Below, in pieces: positions 41,501 to 53,166 of a DNA stretch of 64,000 nt (position 1 is its first letter; the number at the start of each line of letters is the position of its first letter). The DNA comes from Felis catus. Taxonomy: Eukaryota. The position numbers were made by a program, and so were the translations under genes. The stretch lies in assembly GCF_018350175.1 (NCBI RefSeq), contig NC_058383.1:40672001-40736000 (forward strand), read 5' to 3'. The notes under the pieces were generated by a model. It was not told where the DNA came from. It did not search any database and was given only the letters and a program-made list of their open reading frames with translations.

Positions 41501-41724
41501 TGGTCAAGGGAGCAAATTTTACTCAGTTAAAAATGAAAGACGTAGACAGGGCCCGTGCTGGGAACATAGAAGGTAAAAGAGGTTCCAGCAGGAGGAGGGG
41601 AGAGGGCACCCCGGACGACACCACAGCTGCTGCGGTCCAGGCGCCCACGGCCACCTCCCACCTTCTGACCAGTCTCTAGGGCCCGTGTCCAGCCGCGGTC
41701 TCTGAGGCACGTAGTGGGCTCCGG

Positions 41725-41739
41725 GCGCCCTCTGGTGGC
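41725..41739 (-). promoter_or_regulatory. Consensus CTCF motif
   Basis: Reverse complement reads GCCACCAGAGGGCGC. Confidence 0.6.
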
Positions 41740-43249
41740 AGCGTGAGGAGTCAGCTGCAGACTCACCCCTGCCAGCCTAGAGCCCCTGTCTCTGACTCCC
41801 CACACCAGCTCTCCCCCAGAGAATGAGTCAATGTCCTGTGGGTGTCCCTGGCCAGCGGCCTGGCCCTGAGCCGTCTCCTCATCACCAGGATTCCCCCGTG
41901 CAGACCTCTTACCGTCGCCCAGTGGGTAATGCTGACTCTCTCCCTCAGAAAACCTTCACAAGGGCAACCTGTCTTCACAGCTGCTGCCCTCCCACCAGCA
42001 ATGTAGCTTGCTGTCGTTAGCCATCAAAGATCTGCTTCCCGTAGGATAAGGAGTCCATCAGGCCATGCCTGCCCTCGATCACTGAGTGCAGTGACCAGAA
42101 ACACTGCAGGTGTTCAGTAAATACATGAGCAGTGAGTGGCTGCACCAATGAGCGAACAGAGGGCTGAATGAGTGAATGAAAGACATCTCAGACTCCAGTG
42201 TCTGTGCTCACATGCCCCCAGCTCCAGGACCTTCAGGGCCCTGCCCCTCCAAAGGGGCCTCTCTCCATCCCCACCCATACCCTAGTTCTTCGCAGGGGGT
42301 GCAGCTGATGCTGGACAAGGAGGGGCATCCACGCGGAGCCCTGTACTCAAGCAGGGGGTCGGCCCCACAGGACAACGGGCACCTGACAGGAAGCCCCAGC
42401 CCTGGGGGCACAGGCAAGGAACCCTCATGACCAAGGCAGGGGCTGAGCTGGTCGAAGACCTGGGGGAGCGGCAGGTCCGAGAAACAGGGGGAATGCCTCA
42501 AGGACAGTATGGAGCCCAGAACAGACCGGGAACCAGGAAGGTGGCGAGTTGGAGGAGTGCAGGGCCAGTCCCAGGCCCATCAGGTACAGAAGGGCCTGCA
42601 CTTGGCCTGGAGGGGACAGTGAACAGGGCCCCAGAGTAAGAAAGCCCAGACAGAGAGGTCAAGTTCTTTCACTCGCACAAGACTCGCCTGGGCTCTCACT
42701 TCAGCAAAAGTGGGGGAGAAGGAGAGGTGTGGCCCGAGCAGAGGCCAGCCCTGCCTGAGTCCCCAGCTGGACCTGTGGTCATCCAGGCCCTTGCAGCTAG
42801 GCCCACCTGGATGTGCTGCCCCTCTGGGGTGGGGCTAGAGGCTGGGGACAGCAGAGACAGTTCCCAAGCTGAATGCCAGGGGGTGCCAGGAGCCTACCAG
42901 AACCCGGACCCCCCGGTGATGTGCTCTGATGGTATCCACCATGAGCACTGGCCTGGATTGACCCTACCCAGCTTGACCCAGGGTCTCCCAAGGTGCTGGA
43001 GTGACCAGCCTGCCCAGGGACCCCATCAGGGAAATGGTCATATCTGCTGACTCTTCTGGCTCCCCTTTGCCAGCACCCCATTTCCCTGACCCTCACCCCC
43101 AGCAGAATCTGGCCTTGCCCACCTATGGATGCTGCATCTGGAGACCCTCGACAGCAAGGTTTCTGTCATGGGGATGTTTTCTTCCCCTTGACAAGAAATC
43201 CACCCCCCCCCACACACACACACACCTTGTATCTTCTGGAGGAGCCAAA

Positions 43250-43410
43250 AATGCAGCTGCAGATTGACTTGCAGCTGAGCTAAAAATAACTGCCAGGCTC
43301 CAGCCAGGGCCCAGGAAAATATCTCATTGCTAGGAGACGACCGTTACTGGGAGACCGCCATTGCTAGGCGACAGGGTTGCCGTGGTGACAGCTGGGCCCT
43401 GAGTCATGCT
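43250..43410. promoter_or_regulatory. Candidate enhancer: MEF2 site, four RFX X-boxes, AP-1 site and E-boxes
   Basis: CTAAAAATAA at 43280; X-box-like motifs at 43326, 43343, 43360 and 43376; TGAGTCA at 43400. Confidence 0.6.
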
Positions 43411-44169
43411 CAGCCCTGTTGCTCCGCCCCTCTGCCCCTGGCAGGCGGCTGGGTCCCAAGAGGAGGAAAGGCTGGGAGCAGAAGGCAGCAAAGGGGCCCA
43501 CTCCCTGATGCCCACAGCCACCGTGGCCACACCAGGCTTTGAGGTTCTCACTCCTGTGGGCGCCCATTCCAGCAGTGGAGTGGTGAGGACGGCGGAACAC
43601 ACAACTCTGCCCCTCACGGCCCCTCCCCGGGCGCTGGGGCACGGGAGGGAGGGAGGGCGGGGGGGGGGGGGCGGTGGTGGGGTGGGGACAGAGGCAGAAA
43701 GTGTGACCCATGGCTCCATAGCAGGAAGCTTCAGAGTCAGCCGAATTACAATCGGGCATGGGGCTCTCACAGCCTGGGCTGTGCTAGCTGCCGTGCTGAC
43801 CTTCAGGGCACCCCCTTGGACCCCACACCTATTTCCCAGGAGGGGAAATACTTGCCTGATCCCCACCACCACCACCACCACGGACGGGAGGATTTGGGCC
43901 AGGCAGGTGGCTCCAGGCCACATGTACCCAGAGCCCCCACAAGGAACTGCCTGAGGACCTCCTGTAAGGAACCCCAGGCCAGCCAGGAGGAGAGACCGCA
44001 TCGTGGGCAGCCCCGACCCCTGATGTGACCCTTCTCCCCATCTCATAGAAAGGTCTCAGGGTGGGATGCACCAACAGCCTTCACTCCTCACCCTCCGGGG
44101 ACTAAACAACCAGAAACCTCCAGCAGCCTGGACTGGGGAGACTCCTCTGTGCTCATGCACCAGCCCAAG

Positions 44170-44366
44170 GAGTGCTCCAGGGGATGGAGATGCTCCAGAG
44201 GAGGGAGTATTTCAGGTGATGTGATGCTCTAGGTGAGAGGTGCTCCAGCTAAGGGGGTGCTCCAGGTGAGGAGTGCTCCAGATGAGGGAGGTGCTCCAGG
44301 GGAGGAAGTATTTTAGTTGATGTGCTGCTGTAGGTGAGAAGTGCTCCAGGCGAGGAGTGCTCCATG
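44170..44366. repeat. Degenerate minisatellite, ~16-18 bp unit (GTGCTCCAGGTGAGGA-like)
   Basis: About 11-12 imperfect copies of the TGCTCCAG core. Confidence 0.8.
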
Positions 44367-45749
44367 GGACGGGGTGTCCCCTATGGGACACCATAGGGGA
44401 GCACTGTGGCCCTGGAGGAAGGCCAGTGTGGCCACAGCTCCAAGAGCAAGGGGCCAGGTATAGGGCACAGCTGGGGGCCGGCGGTGCTGGAGACTCGGGG
44501 TTTTGGGGCTGCAGCAGAGCAGACAGAGCCCTAGGAGGATGGGGCCGAGTCCCCTGCACCACGGGGAGAACAGTGGCCGCCATCAGCCACGGAGGAGAGC
44601 AGCCGGCTGGACGGGGAGGGTGAAAGAGGTGGAGGAGGGAGCAGAACCCACTGGCATTCGGGAGGCAGGCTTGTACAACGGTATTTCACATCCCTCCGAA
44701 TAAATATTTTTCTTCGCTCAGATCCTTCCAAGGCAGGGAGTCTTCTGAGGCCCCGCTGAGGGCGGAACTTGCTCTCTGCATGAGGTCCTGGCACCTCCTG
44801 GAAGCAGGAGGTCAAACCCTGTCCTCCAGGTCACGGTCACGCACCCTCCACACCGGGGCCCCCACGGGGTGGAGGATGAACTGGAAGGCCAGCCCGCTGG
44901 ACTTGCACACCAGGGGCGACCGTGTGGGTGACAGCACTCAGTCACCCCAGAGGTCTGCACGCGTCCTATTCTGACTGCCCGTGCCAAGCTCCCTGCTTTG
45001 ACCAGAATTAGCACAAAGGCAAGACACTGATTCTTGAGCCCCTGCCACACGGGAAAGCCGCCGTCACCCCAGCCTCAGCAACCGGATCCGGGGCCCTGCA
45101 CACAGCAAAAGCAGCGCTCCAGCTCGCAAACAGCTAGGCTCCCCCCCTGCAGCTGCCCCCACCTCACAGCAGCCCCACTGGGTCCCGCTTCCCACCAAAC
45201 GCTGCGAACACCAGCTGTTTTCATTTCCCTCTCCCCCTCCAGGGCCTTCCCTCTTGGCCTTAAGGCTCCTCCCCTAATATGAAGACCCCTGTCTGCTCTC
45301 CCCACACCTGATCCCTCCCCAGTCTCTGCTCCCAGGAGACCCCGGGATGGGGTCCGGGATGGTCACCATTAGCCTCCATTCTCTGCTCTGAGCCTGCTGG
45401 GAAGCCGGAACAGAGTCCTGCACACCCTCCCTCTGCATCCCACCCGGGCCCCTCTCCCAGCCTGGTCCCTACACAGCGGCCATTACCAACACCCGCCTCC
45501 AGTGGGTTCCAGAGCGGCCTCGCCAGGCTCAAGTCCTCAAAACCTAAAAACCCGTGCACACCCCTTCCGGGGTAACTTCGCCCACCCTGCCATCCTTGGG
45601 GTCGCCTGTCAAGTGTCCTGTGCTCAGGAGCGACGCCTCCAGCCCCCTCCCGCGGTTACTGTCACGTGGCCCTCTTGAAATTTCATCGCGCTTGTCACTC
45701 CCTTGTAATGATCTGGTGGTCACTTGTTTCTCGGCTCTGCGGGAGAGGG

Positions 45750-46780
45750 GCGTCCCCGCTGCGGGGGGTTCTGGACTTGGCACCCAGCAGGTGCGCCGGA
45801 GACGTGAGGGCCATGAAGGGGGCTTGGCCGCCCGCTCCGCTCCGCAGGAAGGGCTGGGAGGGGGAGGGGGGCACCGTCCTTGCCCTCGAAGGTGGCATCC
45901 CAGGGTCGGGACGCGCGGGGCCGGCACCTGTCTGCGCGGGACCACGTACCCCCGAGCCAACCGCCGGCGCCAGAGAGCTCGAGTCCTCTCCCCCCGCAGG
46001 TCTCCGCGCAGGCAGGGCTCTCCCCGGGCAGGCGGCTCTCGGGCTGCGCGCCCTGCCCGCCCCGCCCCGCCCCGCCGTGCGCGCGGGTCTGCTGTTGTGC
46101 GGGCGCCCGAGGCGGAGGGGCAGGGGTGCCGCCGGGCCGGCGCGTGCCCGTGGGCGCGCGGCAGGGCGCGGCGGGCGGGGCGGGGCTCGGCATCCTCGGC
46201 GCCCCCGCCCGGGCTCGCCAACCGGATTGGCTCCCGGCGCCGGGAGCGCGCGAGGGCGCGGCGTGTAGAGCCGGGCGGGGGGCGCGCGCGGCGCCGCCGG
46301 CGGCCGCGGAGGAGCGCGGGGAGGAGGGCGCGGGGAGGGAGGAGGCGCCCGCCCGGCTCCCTGCAAAGCGGCCTTATTTATCTGGGCACTGCCTCAGCCT
46401 CCCCGGTGGGAGGCTCGGGCAGCCGATCCTCTCCCACCGGGGAGCTCCTCTCCGGGCGCGGCCGAGGGGGCCGGCCAGGCCGGGGCGCGGGGCGCGGCTG
46501 GGCCCTGCCGGCCAGGCCAGCACCTCGGCCGCCTCCCCGCTTCGCCAGCGCCCATGCCGGGCTCCCCATGACGAGAAGACGCCCGGCGGACAGCGTGGCA
46601 TGAGCCAGGTGCCCGGGCCGAGGTAAGGTGTGTGCACCGGGCCAGGTTGTGGAGCCGGGGAAGGGGCCAGGCCACGCCATCGCGGCGGCCACAATGAGGA
46701 GGGGGGAGGGGGCTTCGGACAGGGCCGCCAACACCCCCCGGGTCTCACATACGCGCGGCCGCTTCCCAGGCGGAGGCCAC
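45750..46780 (+). promoter_or_regulatory. FBXL16 CpG-island promoter and non-coding exon 1 (donor after 46622)
   Basis: Very CpG rich; GC boxes; inverted CCAAT near 46226; strong donor AG|GTAAGG at 46622/46623. Confidence 0.75.
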
Positions 46781-49557
46781 TGAGCCTGTGGTCCTGACAG
46801 GCCCTCCCAGGGCTCCTGACCCCAGAGGCTGCCTGGTTGAAGCACGCTCCCCACAGCCACTGGACCAGGGCTGTGGGCCGGTGCCGCCCGACCATATCTC
46901 GGTGGAAGCAGAACTGCAGGCCCCCAGCCAGCGTGGCTGGGTGAGATCCCGGACCTCCTTTGAGCTCTGAGCTTCCCTCCCAACACCACGAGCCCCTGGG
47001 CCTATGAGACAGGTGATAGACACAGTTCCACTCCAGGAGCCATGTGGATGCATGGCGGGGGCCCGGTCTGCCCTGGACACCTGGGCCTGTGTGGAGCTGC
47101 CGCCACAGCAGGAGGATGAGGGGAAAGGAGGAGGCTGGCCACGTGCCTGGTCCCGGAGGAGGGGTCGAGCCTTGGCCAAGGTTGGACGGCCTCAGAAGGG
47201 AAACCGGGCACTCTGAGACTTGCTAGGGCAGGGGTCTGGCCTCCCGGGACTTCAGGGGAGAGAGTCCCCCACCCATCACCCCAGAAGGAAAGCAGGCCTA
47301 GCTGTTGGAGCCTCAGGGAGCCCACGGCCCAGTGGCCACTCCTCCAGCCCCTCCCGGCCTCTGCACAGGAAGCCTTCCCTCCAAAGAGAGGACAGATGGC
47401 GGATGCCGCTTCACCTGCCCACTCGGTCAGTCCCTTCCCGGTACCCGCCACCTCCCAGGCCCCTTCTTTCAGCCAACGCCTTTGAGCGGAGGCCTGGGCT
47501 GGGTCCCTGAGAGGGCAAAGGCTTGAAGGAGACTTGCTGGCCTGGCAGGAGGTGGCCACAGGTCTGGACCAGGAGCTATGGGGACAAGGGAGATCCAAAC
47601 CCCGGTCATAAACGTGGGCAGTGCAGGGCAGACTGTTCAGGCCCCAAGGGCCCGCCGTCTCCGCTACTTGGCTCCCCTCTTCCTCAGCCACCTCTCACTT
47701 GGGCCAGGCCTATAAGTACCCCTGGTGCTGGGCAGGCTCTCTGGACAGGCGCTACCCTCCAGTTCACACCCACTTCCAGGGCACTTCAGTGAGTCCTCTC
47801 TCCCAATGGAAGAAGGACACAATTAGCCCTGAGGTAGGGTCTCCTGTGGCCCTCGAGACCGCTGGCCTGGGCCCAGGAAGCCTGCGCTGCTGAGAGCCAG
47901 GGCGACATCTCACCCCAAGGTAGGGCCCTGCTCGGCTGCCTGCAGCCCCATCTTGTCACACGTGGGTGCTCGCTGCCATGCCTCAGAGGGGAAGAGTGGA
48001 GGTGGCAGTGAAGGAAGGCTCTGTGGGGTAAGTGGGTGGTTCAGAACCTTCCCCACCACTGGCAGGTTGGAGCCGCAGCCAGACCAGTCACAGAGGGTGG
48101 GCTTGGACCCCATCGCTTCACTTGGTGGGGAAGAGGGGGAGGGTTTGAGACAGCCACCCAAAGAGGCAGACACTAGATGCCCCCAGTCTAGGCACTGGGG
48201 GGCTCATCCTCCAGAGCAAAAGAGCCAAGATGAGGCGTGGAGCCCAAGCCCGTTCCCCAAGGTGCCCAGTCCCACCTGGCCAAGCTGTCTTGAGCTTGAC
48301 CGCAGGACTGGGTCTGATGAAGCACCGATTGGGTCTCTTTTGAAGCCATGTGCTCACTCCCTGGAGCCCCCGGGGCACGGGTGGGGCAGCCTGCACCCCA
48401 GAAGCATCCCTGGGCTGGGGGCGGGAAGGGAGTGCTGCCTGGCACATGTGCAAAGTGACAGGGATGTGAATGTGCCTGAGTCACGGGGCTTGTCATGGAG
48501 TTTGTCAGCCCGCACCGTGTCCCCAATCTCAAGCTGGTTGTCACCCCAGTCCCTGGGGATGTCACTGCAGATCGACCCGATGTGAATTTTTCTGGCTACC
48601 CACACCCTGCCCAGCTCCATGGGCCTCAGTGGGCCGGGGGAATTGGTCAGTGCAGGTCCTATCAGGGCCAGACCCCTCCAGCATTCACGGTGGGCTGTGT
48701 CAGAGTATCGGGGATGAAGGAAGAGATCTCGGAGTTGGGGGCCATGAGGAGTGGAGCGTTTCCTAGGCACGAGCAGTCCAAAAGAAGAGAGTCCTGCAGC
48801 TTGCAGCCTCTGGAGAGAGAGCAGGGGCATGACAGAGACAATGCTGGGGGAGACCACTAGCCTAAGGTCACAGGCTGGGAGAACACAGGGGACAGGAGAA
48901 GCAGAACAGGGCAGAGGAAGAGGCCTCAGGAAGTGCACCTGGCCAGCGGCAGACCAGCTGGGGGCCCAGGGTCACCACCTGGACCTCAATGCCTAGCTTG
49001 GTCTTTGGAGGTCAGACAAACTGGGGTCAAATCCCAGCTTTGTGCACCTTTTGAAAATTCAGTCTCTGAGCCCCACTTTCCCCACGCCTGGTCAGGCAGT
49101 GTGTGAAGGGCTCAGACCAGCAATAGAGGAGTGGCACTGGGAAGAGCAGGGCAGGACCAGCTCCTCCCTCCCTTCTGGTGGCTCCTGTCCCCTCTCCCTG
49201 GATCTGGCCAGATTATGAGGGATGGGCAGGCAGCCTCCTTAACCCTGCAGCTCCCATAGTGGGGACTCAGCCAAAAAAGAGATGTGAGCCATCCTCTTCC
49301 CATGGGCCTGAATAATTGCAAGGCCCACCCTAAGCCCCAGGGTCTTGGGCGCCTTCTCAGAGACTCTGGCACCAACCCAACCCAGTGGCTGCCCTCACTG
49401 TGGACAGTGGCCTCTGCTACAACCAGGATTAACAAACTGAGCTACAAGCAGCTCCCCTACCATCCACTGCCCTCTTCTTCATCTGGCCTGTCTTCCATCA
49501 AGCCTCCTGGGCATCTGGCAGCCATATCCCTTTCTGCATGACCCTGCTGACTGCCAT

Positions 49558-49586
49558 TATTCATTCATTCATTCATTCATTCATTC
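49558..49586. repeat. (TTCA)n microsatellite at the end of a probable L2 fragment
   Basis: About 7 TTCA units. Confidence 0.85.
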
Positions 49587-51192
49587 AGCCAGCACTCAGA
49601 GGCCACTCAGTCATGGTGCTGCCTGTCTTCAAGAAGTCCCCAGCCAAGGGAAGAGACAGATGGATGGACAGTAATGACTGAGACCCTGGAGATGCTTTTT
49701 TTCAGGGCTGGGGAGTCCCGCAGGGGGAGACCGGGGTGGTGCTCACACTGAAGGATGGAGGGTAAGGAGCTGGCAGGGTTAAGAAGTGGGGAGGCCGACT
49801 GAGCAAGCAGGGGGCCCATCATGTGCCCTGGGAGGGGATGAGGAATACAGAACAGGGGGTCTGGCTGGATTGTAGGGCCATGGCTGAGGAGGAACCAGAG
49901 GCGAGGCTGTAAGGTGGACTTGCTAGGTCTCAGGGCCCAGTGACTTGGCCGCAAAAGAAGCAGTTCCTTTCAGAGCCTCAGCGTGGGCATCTGGAGACTG
50001 TCGGCCTGGGAGCCACCAAGTTCTGGAGTCCTCCCAGGAACCTGGAGCCCCCGCAGCCTATCCCAGGAGGACCTCCTCCAGAATTCCGCTCCACACGGAG
50101 GCACAAGACACCAGGGGCTGAGGCTGAGAATAGTGCAAGTTTGGCCATCTTTTTTAAACGCCTCTTTTCCTAGCGTTAGCTCCTAGTGCTTAGTTCTAAA
50201 GGAGGAGGCAGACCACATAAGACTGGCCACTGCCCCTACCCCATCCTGACTATTAACTCCGGGCAGGTCCTCTGAGCCCCAGTGCATGCAGTAGGGACAG
50301 GAACAAGTACCAAAGAGGTTGGGGTCTCGCAGCCCATCTGGCTGGGTGGGTGGGACCAGGCAGAGGGCCACTTGTCCCAGCCCCCTGCAAGAGACCCCCT
50401 GCCTAACTGACAGGAAGACTCATCTCTGACCGCAAGCTCGGTTCTCCCCTAAAGCCCTGACCCCTGGGCCAAGCTGTGGCTGTTTCCAGTTTTCAGCCAC
50501 AGAGCAAGGATTGTCAGGCTGGGTCAGTGAGGCTGGAGTGTGCAGGTGGAGCCCAGCAGGACCATGGACAAGGTCAGGAGCTCAGCGCTGCTTCCGCCGA
50601 GAGGCAGCTCCAGGCGAAGGCATAGCAGAAGGGCTGACCCACTGGCAGGCAGGGCAGTGCCTTCTGGCCAGGGATGTGAGTGTGAGATAAGGGGCAGCCA
50701 GGCCTCGGACACCCCCACCCCCACCCCCAGGCGGAGGCCATCCTCGACCTGGCCCCTCCCTCCCGTGGGCTCTCTTCACCCGCTGGCTGTTTTCACCAGC
50801 TCCACCCTGAGGCCTGAAGAGGGGATGGGACTGTGGGCGCGTGCAAATGTGAGCTCCAGTGGGGTGGATGGGGGGCGGGGGAAGAGCCCTGCAGATGCCC
50901 GGGGCATCCACGTGCACCCTGCCCCCCCCCACCAACTCAGGCACTCCACGTGCACACCCGTGGCTGGGAGCATCTTTAACCTAAATCGGCACTGCTCTTG
51001 AGTTATTTCTCCCCTGGTGCCACCTCCGCCGCCTCCTCCGGATCTTGGCGGAGCGGGCGGCTTCTCGCCCCGCCCCGTCGCCTGCTGAGCTGGGTTTGCC
51101 GGGGCCGGCCCCCCTCCCCACCCCCACCAGCCGCTGTCCGCGGTGGAGCCCGCCGGGGCCTGGCCTCCGAGCACGCGCACAGCGGCTGGAGG

Positions 51193-51213
51193 GGCGCTGT
51201 CCATGGTGCTGCG
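51193..51213 (-). promoter_or_regulatory. RE1/NRSE (REST-binding) element in an intronic CpG island of FBXL16
   Basis: Reverse complement CGCAGCACCATGGACAGCGCC versus consensus TTCAGCACCACGGACAGCGCC. Confidence 0.75.
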
Positions 51214-52439
51214 CTCCGGGGCCGAGCCAGCCGCGCCTGGTCTGCGGGAAGCGGCGGAGGCCGGGTGGGCGGCGCGCCCTGAGCCCTGAGATCCTGGCGC
51301 CGGGCACCGGGGACACAGAAGGTATTCAGGCTGGGGCTGCCTCTCTGAACCCAGCACAGCCCACAGGAGGGAGTCGACAGGACGACAGGACAGCCTCTCC
51401 TCTGGTCCCAGGAGTGGGCGGCCAGTCGTGGGCTTTACCCTGTCCCTCCATGAGGCACTTCTGATCCACAACGGTCTCCTCATCACATACTGGTTTTAAG
51501 AGATCTGGGGCAGCCCTCGTGTCAGGCTGCTCCCCCTGCCCCCCGCCCCAACACACACGGGGCTGACATGAAGCTAGTGGACATTCGGCGGATGTTGTTA
51601 TGAATGTCGTGTTTTATCCAGTGTGAGGCTGCTACTATCTGGTCATGAGCTGCAGTAAAGGGACAGCCAAGGTTGGGGAGCCTCCCCTGGGGAGGGTGGG
51701 CCTGATGTGGACTGCCAGGCTGGGGGCTCATGGCTGTCAGAACAGGAAGGCCTTTCGACCCAAAGCTGAGTTGGTAGCCATGAGGCCATGTGTTCCTGTA
51801 GACCCCTGGTCCCAGCCCAGGTCAGCAACCCCTCCACAGATGTGGAAGGCCAGCAAGGGTTGTCCTGTCCAGGGCTTGGAAGCCAGTGGAGGCATGGTGC
51901 TGGGTAGAGCAGGGCAGGGTGGCTCACTTCCCTCCCTCCTAATGGCTCCTTACCCCTTCCCCTCAGGCCGGCCATGGGGTCCAGAAGCAACTTCCTCACC
52001 ACTTTCCAAATGCTGACTGTGGGCCATACACTATGCTTAGCCCTTGTCACATGTTGTCCTGTGGGGGTGTATCATCCTTTCTCAGGCTCAAAAGTAAGGC
52101 AAGTGAGTCTCAGAGAAAAGTGCCTCACTGAGGCCACAGAGCCAGGGTGTGTGACCCCAGAGCTTGTATGCCTGAACCACTGGGTGCACTGCCTTTCCGT
52201 GGGACGTCTAGAGTGGGGGTGGGCGAGAGAAGATCTGGAATGTGGAGCAGATGGTGGTACTGTGAGGGTCCCCCTGCCCCCCTCTCCAGGGCTATCTGTG
52301 TTCAAAGCCATCTGCCACCCATTCACAACCTCAGAGCCCTGGTGGTGGTGGGAGGGGCGCATTGGGGGGGTGGCTTCAGTCCCACCCTATGAGGAACTCT
52401 CTACAAATATGCTTCCACGGCCAGCCCTAGTCCAAGCCT

Positions 52440-53040
52440 CGACTCCACCACTTACTGTGACCTTGGGCAAACAGTTCATGCTGCTTTATTTTCCTCATCT
52501 GTAACAATGGGCACGGTCATCATAGTACGATCCTCAATGGGTTAGATGGAGGATTACAGGACAGTATGTGTCCAGGGATCATTGTGCTGGCATCAGAGTA
52601 AACCTCGGCCTTTCTTTTGGGTAGATTAGGAACCACAGAACCTCCAGTAGGCACTGACATTTTCAGGGGCTGGTGTGTGAGTCTCAGACAGGGTCCTGGA
52701 ACCACTCCTCAGAGGCATGCTGGAACCCCACAGTGGAGATGCAGAGGCCGCCCCACACCAGCTCCCTCAGTCTCCCAGTTCCTACCCGGGTAGAGGTAGG
52801 CCTGGCAAACACTGATGTTGGGCATCAGGGTAGTAAAGGGGAAGGGAGGAGTCCCAGGCAAGTGTCTGTCTGTCGCTGCCTCTCTTCTCTCATCTCTAAA
52901 ACAAGAACCATAGTACCTAGCTGTCAAAAAGATGTGAGTACTGGTTGAGCTCAGTGCGCATAGTAGGTGCTCAGGGAGTGTCATAGTCATGAACAGCCCT
53001 GATCTCACAGTCGGGGAAGGAGGGACTTGGATTCAGATCC
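52440..53040. mobile_element. MIR-family SINE fragments (~52440-52590 and ~52880-53040)
   Basis: MIR core motifs: ACTTACTGTGACCTTGGGCAA..TTTCCTCATCTGTAA; CTCATCTCTAAAAC..; CATAGTAGGTGCTCA. Confidence 0.65.
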
Positions 53041-53166
53041 TTTCTGTTGGGTGGTTCTGGGAGTGCCAGGGGAGGAGATGCCCTGGGGTGGGAAGGAGCC
53101 CAGCCCTGCTGCGGCAGGAGACTCATTACCCCATCCTGGACCCTGTCTGCAGATCGAGCGAGGAAG

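Noticed and set aside
43326-43389. Regularly spaced short repeats as a CRISPR-like array
   Set aside because: Eukaryotic DNA, a 17-bp period with no real spacers, and no cas genes; better explained as transcription-factor motifs.
45544-46989. Several 200-350 aa ORFs on both strands over the FBXL16 CpG island
   Set aside because: Pro/Arg/Gly/Ala-rich and open in many frames because very GC-rich DNA lacks stop codons; no recognisable domain.
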